Assembly (NCBI GenBank): GCA_023898805.1
Contig: CP060260.1
Location: 10,329 to 74,328 of the forward strand
Source of the DNA: Rhodospirillales bacterium
GTDB taxonomy: Bacteria > Pseudomonadota > Alphaproteobacteria > Micavibrionales > UBA1664
Length of the DNA: 64,000 bases
Direction of reading: 5' to 3'
The position numbers and the translations under genes are program-made. Within the stretch, counting starts at the first letter, position 1. The number at the start of each line of letters is the position of its first letter. The notes below the pieces were generated by a model. It was not told the origin of the DNA. It searched no databases and saw only the letters and a list, made by a program, of their open reading frames with translations. This document shows positions 46,960 to 58,843 of this stretch, piece after piece.

Positions 46960-49887
46960 ATGCAGGCAGGGGCCGTAGATACAGGGCAGACAGCCGCAGA
47001 CGCAGCGCGTCTGGAACGTGTTGCCGAAAAAATTCAGGACCTTCTCGCGCTGGTCGAGGATATGTGCCGCGGCGGCAAGCCGGCACAGTTTCCGCCCCAG
47101 CTTTATACCTTGCTTGAAAACATGTGGGCGGACGAGCTTCTGGCCGAAGCTCCATCATCCTATGTCTATTTGCCCGGCGAAACCGAAACCCCCGAACTGA
47201 CGCAACAAAAAGGGGTTACAAGCGTCAACCCGATCCCGCTGGAATTGCTGATTCGCAAACAAAACATTGATGCTGCCGCCGCGTCCGAAGGTATTTACAA
47301 TTATCGTGTTCTCGGGCTCGACCCGCACTATCGTCGCCTTTCCGGGGCCGGTCGCTCATACGATTTCATCGATCCCGCCGAACAGGCGGAAAACGTGGGT
47401 GCCCTGATCTGGACACGCGGTGATCTGCACGTCCTGCGTCAGGGGCTGCATATGCTGTATGCCAAGCTGACCCGCGACGGCCGCGTCGTCCACACGCCGC
47501 TGATTATCCAGAATTCGGTCAACGGCTTCTGGAACCCCTTGTTCGAATATCTTGGCGTTGCGGCGGATGACTCGATGTTGCGCGACCACGGCGTGCGCGT
47601 AACCCGCTATCCCGGCGGCAACGACATCGACGCCGAAACCGATGAAACCACCCTGCATGTCCTCAAAAGCCTAGGCCAGCGAATGGCCCTGCCGCCGCAA
47701 ACGCGCGAAGGCGCGCTGCGGATCGCACCTGGCGATACGCTTTATGTCGCATCTGGCAGTCCACACAAAGCCCTCGAAACGAAAGAAGTTTTAAGGGCCC
47801 TGCACGCAAGCATATGGGTTCAGTCCTTGAATGCGCATCTGGGCACCAAGCCGCAGGAAGCGGAGGAAGTCAGCTTCAGCTACGAAGGCAACAATATCGA
47901 AAAAATGCGTTCGGTGATCAGTCGGATACAGGAAATAGGCTACGACAAGGTCTGCCGTGACCTGTGTCCGGCCGGCAAGGGACCGGAGAATGTCTGGCTG
48001 ACCTTCGATGATCGCGGTTTTGAATTCGTCGATCGGCGCATCCTGGAAACCGATGCCTTTGCGGATGTCAGAAACCTGATGAACCCCTATCTGGCTAAAT
48101 CCGGCCCGGGCTCCGAACTGGCAATTTTGCTGAAAACAATCGCGAAAAAACGGTTTTTTACGGAGATACTTGCCAAAGCGATACGCGAGATCGAGGAAAA
48201 ATTCGGCGAAACCCCCGATACGACGATTATCGACACGGGCTGCCATATTACCGTGCGGCTTGATCAAATCCTCGACCCCAACCCGGCCTATATCGCGACA
48301 TTCGCCAAGGTGCGTTCGCGCGCGTTGACGGCCCCCCAACCGTCGCACGACCATCATGGCCGCCCCATCCAAGCCTTGCAGACCGATCATTTCCTCGCAC
48401 CGGTGGCATTCAACCGGAACAACACATCGCCGGGCAATATCCGCACCAAGGCCCAGATACCCAACTACATCCCGGTCAATAGCGAAGTTGCGGGTTCGCT
48501 GCGCATGCTCTGCGCCCTGACAGGTGTGGATGAGCATGCGAAATACATTTCCGACCACCGCATGGCCTTCAATGTCGCCGCGCATCATGACGAATACGCC
48601 ATCGGCACCCTGCATACGCTGTTCCCGCACATTAAAGGCCACGGCACGCCGCATCTGCAAAGAAGTCTGCGTGGGCCGCTCAACGGCTCCTTCTATCTAA
48701 TGACTGGACAGGACGGGCGCTATGACATGGCGCAATACGCCGAACAGCGTACACGCTCACCCTATGAACGCGCCGACCGTGGCCATACGGCTCAGATCGG
48801 CGATGCATTGGGCCGATTGCGCGACTTTTATCAGGACGCCGATGGCTTCCTGCTGACCGACGATCACCACAGCCTGAAAGGTGTTGCCGGTCTGAAATGG
48901 CTCAAAACCCTGCTGTATTACTCGCTACTGGTGGGCAAACAGGTCGACGACCGCGCGATCAAAACCAAATATCTGGGCGTTCTGGATGGCACACGGTCTT
49001 GGACGGAACAGGAGGCGATTTTCGATCATCTGGCCCGTACGCCGCTTTTGGGCAATCGTCATGCCGATTTGATCGACAAATGCACAACCAAGTCGAATTT
49101 CAGGGAATCGCTTGTGGGCTTTCGGAGCAATTACGTGCGCCCTGAAATTCTGGACAAAAGGACCGTCAATAAACCGGACCAGATTATGGCCGATCCGGAT
49201 TTGTACCGGGTCACCATCTACTGCTCGGCGACGCTGGGTGAACAGACCGCAGCGTGTAAGGAAGCCCGCCGTTTCAGCTTTGATCTGGCCCGGAACGGTT
49301 TTGCCATTATCAATGGCGGAGGACGGGAAGGTCTGATGGTCGCGACGTCCGAAGGCGCGCACGATTTCCGGCGCTGGTGGCAGCACAATCACCCGCATGC
49401 GCCGATGCCGCGCAACCACGTGACATCCTATCAGTGCCACGACACCTATGAACGCGAGGGCGGCTGGCATGAGGATAACGATTTCGCCCGCATTTTCCCG
49501 ACCATCGAGGAACGGATGGCGAATTTGATGAATACCGATGCCGAAATCCTGATGGCCGGTGGTGGCGGGTCGATTCAGGAAATCTCGGCCTCGCTGCTGA
49601 TGCGCGAATGGGGGCTGGTGCCCACGGTGAACAGGCCGCTGGTCATCGTCAATCAGGTCATAGACGGTATCCCTGTGTTCAATGCTTTGATCGCCATGAT
49701 GGGTACGGATGAACGTAAACGCCTCAACGTGCATGTCGTCGACAATATCGAACAGGCGATGCAGGTATTGGCGGATTCCCGCGCGGCCATGGCCCGGACG
49801 CAGGAACCGGGCAAGATATACATACCCGCCAGTGAAAACCTGCCCCCGCCGCAACACGCGGCGCACCGTCGCCCGAAAGCGGCCTGA
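46960..49887 (+). CDS. 975-aa multidomain protein: unknown N-terminus, ITPase(Ham1/RdgB)-like module, unknown/degenerate middle, C-terminal LOG/PpnN-like (TIGR00730-type) domain
   Basis: aa 259-355: LYVASGSPHKALE, EEVSFSYEGNNIEK, LTFDDRGFEFVD (order as in Ham1). aa 750-935: VTIYCSA, INGGGREGLM, IEERMANLM, AEILMAGGGGSIQE (LOG signature PGGxGTxxE variant). AGGAGGGG lies just upstream. Confidence 0.7.
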   Translation: MQAGAVDTGQTAADAARLERVAEKIQDLLALVEDMCRGGKPAQFPPQLYTLLENMWADELLAEAPSSYVYLPGETETPELTQQKGVTSVNPIPLELLIRKQNIDAAAASEGIYNYRVLGLDPHYRRLSGAGRSYDFIDPAEQAENVGALIWTRGDLHVLRQGLHMLYAKLTRDGRVVHTPLIIQNSVNGFWNPLFEYLGVAADDSMLRDHGVRVTRYPGGNDIDAETDETTLHVLKSLGQRMALPPQTREGALRIAPGDTLYVASGSPHKALETKEVLRALHASIWVQSLNAHLGTKPQEAEEVSFSYEGNNIEKMRSVISRIQEIGYDKVCRDLCPAGKGPENVWLTFDDRGFEFVDRRILETDAFADVRNLMNPYLAKSGPGSELAILLKTIAKKRFFTEILAKAIREIEEKFGETPDTTIIDTGCHITVRLDQILDPNPAYIATFAKVRSRALTAPQPSHDHHGRPIQALQTDHFLAPVAFNRNNTSPGNIRTKAQIPNYIPVNSEVAGSLRMLCALTGVDEHAKYISDHRMAFNVAAHHDEYAIGTLHTLFPHIKGHGTPHLQRSLRGPLNGSFYLMTGQDGRYDMAQYAEQRTRSPYERADRGHTAQIGDALGRLRDFYQDADGFLLTDDHHSLKGVAGLKWLKTLLYYSLLVGKQVDDRAIKTKYLGVLDGTRSWTEQEAIFDHLARTPLLGNRHADLIDKCTTKSNFRESLVGFRSNYVRPEILDKRTVNKPDQIMADPDLYRVTIYCSATLGEQTAACKEARRFSFDLARNGFAIINGGGREGLMVATSEGAHDFRRWWQHNHPHAPMPRNHVTSYQCHDTYEREGGWHEDNDFARIFPTIEERMANLMNTDAEILMAGGGGSIQEISASLLMREWGLVPTVNRPLVIVNQVIDGIPVFNALIAMMGTDERKRLNVHVVDNIEQAMQVLADSRAAMARTQEPGKIYIPASENLPPPQHAAHRRPKAA

Positions 49888-49952
49888 CGCCCTTGCCGTA
49901 AATGGCCGCATCGGTTAAATCTTTGGGCGTCCAACCCCATAGGTATCGTCCC

Positions 49953-51347
49953 ATGTCTGAAAAATCCTACGATGTCATCGTCATCGGCGCCGGCCCCGGC
50001 GGTTATGTCTGCGCCATTCGCGCGGCCCAGTTGGGCATGAAGGTCGCCGTCGTCGAAAAACGCGCGACTTTGGGCGGCACCTGCCTGAACGTGGGCTGCA
50101 TTCCATCCAAGGCGCTGCTTTCCGCGTCCGAGAAATACGAGGCGGCAGGGCATCATTTCGCCGACATGGGCATCAACGTCGCGGGTGTGAAAATCGATCT
50201 GCCAAAAATGATGGCTTTTAAATCCGGCGTCGTTTCCGACAACACCAAGGGCATCGAATTCCTGTTCAAAAAGAACAAGATCGACTGGCTGAAAGGGGAA
50301 GGGACCATCCCCGCCGCAGGGCAGGTCAAGGTCGGCGGCGAAACCTATGCCGCGAAACATATCGTCATCGCCACCGGCTCCGACGTTGCGCCCTTGCGCG
50401 GGATCGAGATCGACGAAAAACGCATCGTGTCCTCGACCGGCGCGCTGGTATTGGAAAAAGTGCCGGAGCATCTGGTGGTGATCGGCGCGGGTGTGATCGG
50501 GCTTGAGCTTGGGACCGTCTGGCGCAGGCTGGGCGCGAAGGTGACGGTGATCGAATATCTCGACCGCATCCTGCCCGGCATGGACCTTGAAACGGCCAAG
50601 GCCGCCCAGCGCATCCTTGAAAAACAGGGCATGACCTTCAAACTGGCCAGCAAGGTCACGGGCGCCGAAAACGGCAAAAAGGGTGTTATTTTAAGCGTCG
50701 AACCCGCCGCGGGCGGCAAGGCCGAAACCATTACCGGCGACGTCGTTCTGGTCGCCGTGGGGCGCAGACCGCATACCGACAGCCTTGGTCTTGAACAAGC
50801 GGGCGTGAAACTGGACGATCGCGGCCGGGTGGATGTCGATGCGCATTTTCAAACCAGCGTGCCGGGCATCTACGCCATCGGCGACGTCATCCGCGGCGCG
50901 ATGCTGGCCCACAAGGCCGAGGACGAGGGCGTGGTTCTGGCCGAAATTCTGGCGGGGCAAAGCGGCCATATCGATTACGACGCCATTCCGGGCGTGGTCT
51001 ATACATGGCCCGAAATCGCCAGCGTCGGTAAAACCGAGGAACAGCTTAAAGAGGCGGGCATCGCCTATAAATCCGGCAAATTTCCCTTCATGGCCAATGG
51101 CCGCGCGCGCGCCATGGCCGCGACCGACGGCTTCGTCAAGATTCTGGCCGACGCCAAAACCGACCGCGTGCTTGGCGTCCACATTCTGGGGCCGGAGGCC
51201 GGAACGATGATCGCCGAATGCGTGCTGGCCATGGAATTCGGCGCCTCGGCCGAGGATATCGCCCGCACCTGCCACGCGCACCCCACGCTGAACGAAGTGG
51301 TCAAGGAAGCTGCGCTGGCCGTCGACGGCCGCCCGCTGCATATCTAG
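49953..51347 (+). CDS. lpdA: dihydrolipoyl dehydrogenase
   Basis: [13 protein letters not shown], redox [11 protein letters not shown]-terminal HAHPTL. Confidence 0.93.
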   Translation: MSEKSYDVIVIGAGPGGYVCAIRAAQLGMKVAVVEKRATLGGTCLNVGCIPSKALLSASEKYEAAGHHFADMGINVAGVKIDLPKMMAFKSGVVSDNTKGIEFLFKKNKIDWLKGEGTIPAAGQVKVGGETYAAKHIVIATGSDVAPLRGIEIDEKRIVSSTGALVLEKVPEHLVVIGAGVIGLELGTVWRRLGAKVTVIEYLDRILPGMDLETAKAAQRILEKQGMTFKLASKVTGAENGKKGVILSVEPAAGGKAETITGDVVLVAVGRRPHTDSLGLEQAGVKLDDRGRVDVDAHFQTSVPGIYAIGDVIRGAMLAHKAEDEGVVLAEILAGQSGHIDYDAIPGVVYTWPEIASVGKTEEQLKEAGIAYKSGKFPFMANGRARAMAATDGFVKILADAKTDRVLGVHILGPEAGTMIAECVLAMEFGASAEDIARTCHAHPTLNEVVKEAALAVDGRPLHI

Positions 51348-51419
51348 GGGCGAGGGCGCGCGCTCCTTCCACCGGCAGGAATTTGCTTTCCCGCACCGGT
51401 TGCTTTATGACAATAGCCC

Positions 51420-51776
51420 ATGCCTGTGAAACAGCCCAGCGCGGCCGACGCCTTTCGCGCATCCGTCGCGCCTGAATATAACGCGCTTCTGGCCCTGTCC
51501 CGTGCCTTGCAGGACAAAGTGCCGCCGGGGACAGGCTGGAATAACTCGGTCCACGGCAGGCTTGCACACTGCCTGAACGGGGCGCTGGGCAACGTCCAGA
51601 TTGCCCAGAACATCGAAGGCCTGCGTCTGACCGAATCCTCGACCGAAAGCTATCTGATGCGTATCGAGGGGGCTGAAACCCAAGTCGAGCCAGCACTGCG
51701 CCCCGGCCCACATCTGCGTGCGCTGAAAAGCAAGCTAGCCGATTTTCTCAGTAACGCCGCTGTGCTTTCAGTCTAG
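51420..51776 (+). CDS. hypothetical protein (118 aa)
   Basis: Third-position G/C bias supports this frame. No SD and no family recognised. Confidence 0.45.
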   Translation: MPVKQPSAADAFRASVAPEYNALLALSRALQDKVPPGTGWNNSVHGRLAHCLNGALGNVQIAQNIEGLRLTESSTESYLMRIEGAETQVEPALRPGPHLRALKSKLADFLSNAAVLSV

Positions 51777-51894
51777 AAGTCCAGTTTTTGTGCCAGAATG
51801 AAAGGCGTTGAATCATATGACTGTCTGCCGGAAACCACGCGACCGACAACGAAAAATTGAGATTATGAAAACACTGTGATAGTGTCGGCGCGCA

Positions 51895-52533
51895 ATGCCT
51901 ACGCCAGCTAAAAACCTCGTCGCGCAATTTCACAACGGCTCCGGGCCGCACCTGAAAAAATTGCGCGAGATCGCCAAAAAAGCGGCAGATATTCCTCTCA
52001 TCATCACCCATGTTGGTAAGATTACAGAGCAGGCAGCTTCCGCAGGCAAAAGTCGTGACATCTACGCCCTTTGGAAAACTGTCGACGACGCTATTTTTTG
52101 GATCACGAACGAGCCGATCCCCGGCGCATACGGCGCGCAGAGCCAGTTATTCAAAGCGTTATCCCAATTTCAGAGGTTCATGGACGACATCACAGCCAGA
52201 CCACGCGATCCGCTCTGCGTAGCCTTCGCGCAGGCGACCGAACCTGAAATGCGAAACATCCTTACGCGCATACGGCGCACGGCACCCTATGCCAGGGCTA
52301 AAACGCCAGCCGCCGAAGCGCGGCGCGACGCCTGCCATATCGCCGGGACGGTGGTTGCCGTCCTCCATAACGCCCACGCGGACCCGAAGGTGATTTCCCG
52401 CCTGCCTAGGGCGCTCAAATTTTACGCCGGCCGGCTTAATCAAATTTCAGATACGCCCACGGCTAGGTATTTTGAAGAACAGATCGCCGCAATCTCTCGT
52501 AAAACCGTAGGCATAAAGCCGCCATCGGCTTGA
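51895..52533 (+). CDS. hypothetical protein (212 aa)
   Basis: Long ORF in an AT-richer stretch. No SD and no family recognised. Confidence 0.5.
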   Translation: MPTPAKNLVAQFHNGSGPHLKKLREIAKKAADIPLIITHVGKITEQAASAGKSRDIYALWKTVDDAIFWITNEPIPGAYGAQSQLFKALSQFQRFMDDITARPRDPLCVAFAQATEPEMRNILTRIRRTAPYARAKTPAAEARRDACHIAGTVVAVLHNAHADPKVISRLPRALKFYAGRLNQISDTPTARYFEEQIAAISRKTVGIKPPSA

Positions 52534-52642
52534 GCCACGCGACGAATAGCCTGAGGCTCCGCGTATGGTTGTTTCTTGGTCTTGTGACGGCGCAAATCAT
52601 GATACCCTGTGATTTGTTGACTCCAGCAAGCCTTCCAGCGCC

Positions 52643-53347
52643 ATGATGACCGAAACAAAAACACCCGCCGATAGCCTCAAGGAAAAAGACATCCTCGCCT
52701 GGCTCAAGGCCAACCCCCATTTTCTCCAGCGCCACCCCGACGTGCTTGAACACATGCACCCGCCCAAGGAGGACATGGGCAAGGGCGTCGCCGATTTTCA
52801 GCATTACATGGTCGAACGCCTGAAGCGCGACCGCGATGCCATCACCGAAACGACCCGCGACCTGATCGAGGTCAGCCGCGTCAACATGAACAGCGTCACC
52901 CGCATCCAGCAGGCGACCCTGAAACTGCTGGAAGCCCGCAATTTCATCCAGTTCATTCAGGCCATCACCATGGATCTTGCGACGATTTTGGATGTCGACG
53001 TGGCGGTATTGGTGGTCGAAAGCAACGGGAACGACATTCCAAACATCCACGCCTCCGGCATCCGGGTGGTGCCCGCCGGCACCATCGCCCAGTGGATGCA
53101 GGGCAAAACCGCGCTTTTGCAAGGCGACATTGAAGGAACGGAAGCGATATACGGCGGCGCCGCGCGTCTTGTCCGTTCACAGTCCGTTTTGCGCGTCGAT
53201 ATTTCGATGCAGACGCCCCCGGCGGTACTTTGCTTCGGTTCCCGCGATCCGGAAATGTTCCGCGACGGACAGGGGACGGAGCTTGTGTCCTTCCTCGCGC
53301 GCGTTGTCGAACGCATGTTTCGGCTGTGGCTGGATATCCCGGCCTAG
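52643..53347 (+). CDS. DUF484-family protein
   Basis: ILAWLKANPHFLQRHPDVLEHM N-terminus plus a GAF-like remainder. This is the usual partner upstream of xerC. Confidence 0.8.
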   Translation: MMTETKTPADSLKEKDILAWLKANPHFLQRHPDVLEHMHPPKEDMGKGVADFQHYMVERLKRDRDAITETTRDLIEVSRVNMNSVTRIQQATLKLLEARNFIQFIQAITMDLATILDVDVAVLVVESNGNDIPNIHASGIRVVPAGTIAQWMQGKTALLQGDIEGTEAIYGGAARLVRSQSVLRVDISMQTPPAVLCFGSRDPEMFRDGQGTELVSFLARVVERMFRLWLDIPA

Positions 53348-54270
53348 AGGGGTTTGCCGCCCCGGACCTTCAGGATGCGGTCGCCGCGTGGCTTTCCGCG
53401 CTTGAAACCGAACGCCACCTTTCGCGCCATACCCTGCGCGCCTATCAAGGCGACATTCACCGCTTTCTGACCTACCTTGCCGCCCATCTGGGCGAGCCCG
53501 TCGCCCTGCGCCATATCGCCGACGCGCCCTTGCGTGATTTTCGCGGCTATCTTTCGCGCCGCGCGATGGACGGCGCGGGCAATACTTCCCGCGCGCGCGC
53601 GCTTTCGTCCCTGCGCACGTTCTTCAAATGGCTCGATAAAGGCGGCATCCTGCACAACCCCGCGCTGCGCCTGATGTCCGCCCCCAAAACCCCGCACAAG
53701 ATTCCCCGCCCGATGGAGGTCGCGCGGATATTCGAAATGCTCGACGCGCTGGACGACGGCGAATGGACTGATTTGCGCGACCGCGCCTTGTTCGGTCTGC
53801 TTTACGGTTCCGGCCTGCGCATCGGCGAGGGGCTGTCGCTAAGCCTTCACGACATCGACACCTGCGGCGATACGCTGCGCATCACCGGCAAGGGCAGAAA
53901 ACAGCGCGAGGTGCCGTTGATCGTCCCCTCCCGCCGCCTGATCGAACGTTACCGCGCCGCCTGCCCGATGCCGGAAACGCCGGAAAGGCCGCTATTCGTC
54001 GGCACGCGCGGCCGATGCCTGAACCCCGGCATGGCGCAAAAACATATGCGCGTCCTGCGCGCCGGCCTTGGCCTTGGCGAGGCCGTGACGCCCCACGCCC
54101 TGCGCCATTCCTATGCCACCCATCTGCTGGGGGAAGGGATGAATTTGCGCGAAATTCAGGAACTTCTGGGCCATGCCAGCCTGTCCACCACCCAGCGTTA
54201 TACCGAGGTCGATTACAAACAATTGCTGGAAACGTTCAAAAAGGCGCATCCGCGCGCGGAAAGCCGGTAA
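53326..54270 (+). CDS. xerC: tyrosine recombinase XerC
   Basis: ERHLSRHTLRAYQGDI, LRHSYATHLL, GHASLSTTQRYTEV (catalytic Tyr). GTG start chosen at 53326; the exact start is uncertain. Confidence 0.85.
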   Translation: MAGYPGLEGFAAPDLQDAVAAWLSALETERHLSRHTLRAYQGDIHRFLTYLAAHLGEPVALRHIADAPLRDFRGYLSRRAMDGAGNTSRARALSSLRTFFKWLDKGGILHNPALRLMSAPKTPHKIPRPMEVARIFEMLDALDDGEWTDLRDRALFGLLYGSGLRIGEGLSLSLHDIDTCGDTLRITGKGRKQREVPLIVPSRRLIERYRAACPMPETPERPLFVGTRGRCLNPGMAQKHMRVLRAGLGLGEAVTPHALRHSYATHLLGEGMNLREIQELLGHASLSTTQRYTEVDYKQLLETFKKAHPRAESR

Positions 54271-54316
54271 ATCAGCAGCCTTTGCTTTTCCCCGGCGCTC
54301 GCCTATGCTGCGGGCC

Positions 54317-55161
54317 ATGGAAAAACCCGTTAAAAAAGTCAGCGTCGGCGATGTCGATTTCGCCAACGACAAACCCTTCAGCCTGCTGGCCGGCCCCTGC
54401 GCGCTGGAATCGCGCGCCCACGCCTTTGACATGGCCGGAAAGATCAAGGAAATTTGCGGAAAACTTGGCATCGGCGTGGTCTACAAGACCTCGTTCGACA
54501 AGGCCAACCGCTCGTCCATTTCCTCCGCCCGCGGCATCGGACTGGACGAGGCACTGACCATATTCGCCGACATCAAACAGCAACTGGGCATGCCGGTGAT
54601 GACCGACGTGCACGAACCCTGGCAATGCGCCGAAGCCGCGAAGGCGGTCGATATCCTGCAAATCCCGGCCTTTCTGTGCCGCCAGACGGACCTTTTGATC
54701 GCGGCGGGCAAGACCGGCAAGGCGATCAACGTCAAGAAAGGCCAGTTTTTGGCCCCTTGGGACATGAAGAACGTCGCGGCCAAAATCGCCTCGACCGGCA
54801 ATGAAAATATCCTGCTGTGCGAACGCGGCGCATCCTTTGGCTATAACACTCTGGTCTCCGACATGCGTGCGCTGCCGGTCATGGCCGAAACCGGCTATCC
54901 GGTGATTTTCGACGCCACCCATTCGGTGCAACAGCCGGGCGGCCTTGGCACGACATCCGGCGGCGACCGGCGCATGGTGCCTGTGCTGGCGCGCGCGGCG
55001 GTGGCCGTGGGCGTCGCGGGCGTCTTCATGGAAACCCATCAGGACCCGGACAAGGCCCCGTCGGACGGGCCGAACATGGTCAAGCTCGCCGATTTTGAAG
55101 GCGTGATCGAAACACTTTTGGAAATCGACCGGCTGGTCAAGCCGCGTCTGGCAAGGGCCGC

Positions 55162-55165
<4 letters not shown>
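54317..55165 (+). CDS. kdsA: 3-deoxy-8-phosphooctulonate synthase
   Basis: FSLLAGPCALESR, VYKTSFDKANRSS, LQIPAFLCRQTDL, FDATHSVQ. Confidence 0.92.
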
Positions 55166-56804
<1,639 letters not shown>

Positions 56805-56982
56805 AGAGCGCCGGGCACGGCAAAAACAGAGTCAAAACCAGGCCCATAACGAGAACGAAACATCCCGTTTTCGGGTTAACGGAATCTGGTAAACTGTAAA
56901 AAGTGAATCATTTGAATCACTTGGTTTTTTCGCGCAAAAAAGCTTTTGACGCGCACGAATCGGTCGTGATTCAATCCTCTGT

Positions 56983-57303
56983 ATGAAGCGGTTTATGAAG
57001 TTCCGTAACGATGTTTTGTCGATCCTGCCGGTCCTCGTTTCAGCTTTCGTCATCGCGTGGTGCGGGTTTTACCTGCTCTTCGGGGCGAACAGCATTTTCA
57101 ATCTGCGTGCGCTGAAAGTGCAGGAGGCGGAGCTTCAAACCCATCTGAACGCGGTGCACGCGCAGCGCGCCGACATCGAGGATCGTGTCGTGCGCATGCG
57201 TCCCGGCTCTCTTGACTGGGATCTGGTGGAGCAGGAGGCGCGCGCCCAACTGGGCAGCCGCATGGGCCGCCCCGACGCGCCCGTCACATCCATGAAAATG
57301 TAA
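56983..57303 (+). CDS. ftsB: septum formation initiator family protein (FtsB-like)
   Basis: N-terminal TM segment, coiled coil LRALKVQEAELQTHLNAVHAQRADIEDRV, and the DLVEQEARAQLG block. Confidence 0.75.
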   Translation: MKRFMKFRNDVLSILPVLVSAFVIAWCGFYLLFGANSIFNLRALKVQEAELQTHLNAVHAQRADIEDRVVRMRPGSLDWDLVEQEARAQLGSRMGRPDAPVTSMKM

Positions 57304-57316
57304 TCAGAAAAACTGA

Positions 57317-57988
57317 TCAGGCCGCGACCGGGCGAAGCGACCGCCACACTGGAAGGTCGGGATTGACCGTCCCGAAAATCGGCCCGGCATCCGGGTTCCT
57401 GCGCGGGGATACGGACAACAAAACGCCCCGGCGCGTATCCCATTTTTGTTGCAGCACGCCCGTAGGAATGTCCGCCAACGCCGCGCGCACAAATACAGCG
57501 GGCAATCCGCCATACGCCGGCCTGTTGGCATGGTATTGCGCGACACACTGGCCGATGGCCTTCAACGCCTCGCGATAACCGAACGTACCGTTTTTAAAGA
57601 TGTACCCACCCAATTGGATCTGGCCGGCGATATGCCGGCCGCTGCGCTCGTCGAAATATTCGTCCACCGCCCCGCCCTCGATGGTTGGGTCAAACCCGTT
57701 TTTCAGCATGCTGCCAAGGCGCGGAAACGCGCTGCCGGAAAACAGCATCGCAATGCGGCGCTGGCCCGAAGGCGCATTTCGCCACATGAAATGAAAAGCC
57801 TCGCCGGACTGGGGGCGGCCTGTGTCGATGACGAACCCGCTACGGCTGGCCCCCGCTACGGCAGGGATGATCGGTAATTCGTAACGCCCTTCGGCAACCG
57901 AATACCCAAGCGTATTCAGCCCCGCAGCCTTGACGAAAGCGGACAGCGAAAGCTCAAGAGGCTGGGCAGGGGTCGTACGCTTGGGCAT
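57317..57988 (-). CDS. hypothetical protein (223 aa), second gene of a coupled pair
   Basis: The ATG shares a base with the upstream stop (TAATG). Gly-rich, with no TM segment or signal peptide. No family recognised. Confidence 0.55.
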   Translation of the reverse strand: MPKRTTPAQPLELSLSAFVKAAGLNTLGYSVAEGRYELPIIPAVAGASRSGFVIDTGRPQSGEAFHFMWRNAPSGQRRIAMLFSGSAFPRLGSMLKNGFDPTIEGGAVDEYFDERSGRHIAGQIQLGGYIFKNGTFGYREALKAIGQCVAQYHANRPAYGGLPAVFVRAALADIPTGVLQQKWDTRRGVLLSVSPRRNPDAGPIFGTVNPDLPVWRSLRPVAA

Positions 57989-58641
57989 TACAGCTTATGG
58001 CCTAAATCCAGTTTCCCGCGCGAGGCTGGCGTGTCATTCAAAAACGCACTCAATGCGACAGCTGCCTTTTCCCGCCCTGGCTTGTTTTTATAGGCCTCAT
58101 GCTCGGCGCGAAGGCAATCCCACGCGATGTCACGCGCCAGATCGTCGGCAATATCGTTCTCGTTATGCTTGGTCATGCTTTTGGGCGGCGCGACGACACC
58201 CGGCATTTTGCGTGCCAGAACGGACTTAAAGGCGTTCTGGACCATCGCCACGGCATCCGGCGTATCCGGAAAAATTTTGGGATCGTAGGATGCATCCGGC
58301 TCCAGCGTGCCATCCAGTGTGTGGATGATGCGCAAAGCCGCCTGAATCCGCAGCGCGCTGTCGTTTTCCTGCGCCATGAATCCTTTGGGCAGCAGCCCCT
58401 TTTTGATCGTCATGAAGGGCTGGACACCATCGGGCAGACGTTCCTTGCCGATTTTGGCCAGCGCGTCCTCGGCGGAAATGCCAAGTTTTTCGGCGACTTG
58501 CTCGGCCTGGACGACCATGGCCTGATCTTCTGCGCCGGATTCCGCTATGCGCTCGGCATCGGTTGCGAACAAATCCATGGCAAAAAGCCCGGCACGCATT
58601 TTCGCGTATTTGGCGTCTTTAAGGTTGAGTGTCATCGTCAT
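57988..58641 (-). CDS. hypothetical acidic helical protein (217 aa), first gene of a coupled pair
   Basis: ORF with coding-like bias and an AT-rich promoter region upstream (58642-58843). No family recognised. Confidence 0.55.
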   Translation of the reverse strand: MTMTLNLKDAKYAKMRAGLFAMDLFATDAERIAESGAEDQAMVVQAEQVAEKLGISAEDALAKIGKERLPDGVQPFMTIKKGLLPKGFMAQENDSALRIQAALRIIHTLDGTLEPDASYDPKIFPDTPDAVAMVQNAFKSVLARKMPGVVAPPKSMTKHNENDIADDLARDIAWDCLRAEHEAYKNKPGREKAAVALSAFLNDTPASRGKLDLGHKL

Positions 58642-58843
58642 CCCCTAACAAAGCAAATGTCGCAGAATAATACATATAAAATTATGAAAAAGCAACTTTG
58701 CGCTTTAAGCATGCCCCTTACGCATTTTCAAAATAAAATCAAAATATTGCGCCGCACAATGCCGCTTTTTTCGCTGGATTGCCTGCGCCAAATTCCGTAT
58801 ACCTCCGCGGGTTACGTCCAGACAAAAACGGAGATCCAAACCC

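Noticed and set aside
53326-54270. Tyrosine recombinase as marker of an integrated element
   Set aside because: It is preceded by its usual DUF484 partner and has XerC-type motifs. No att-like repeats or phage genes were seen, so it is the housekeeping XerC.
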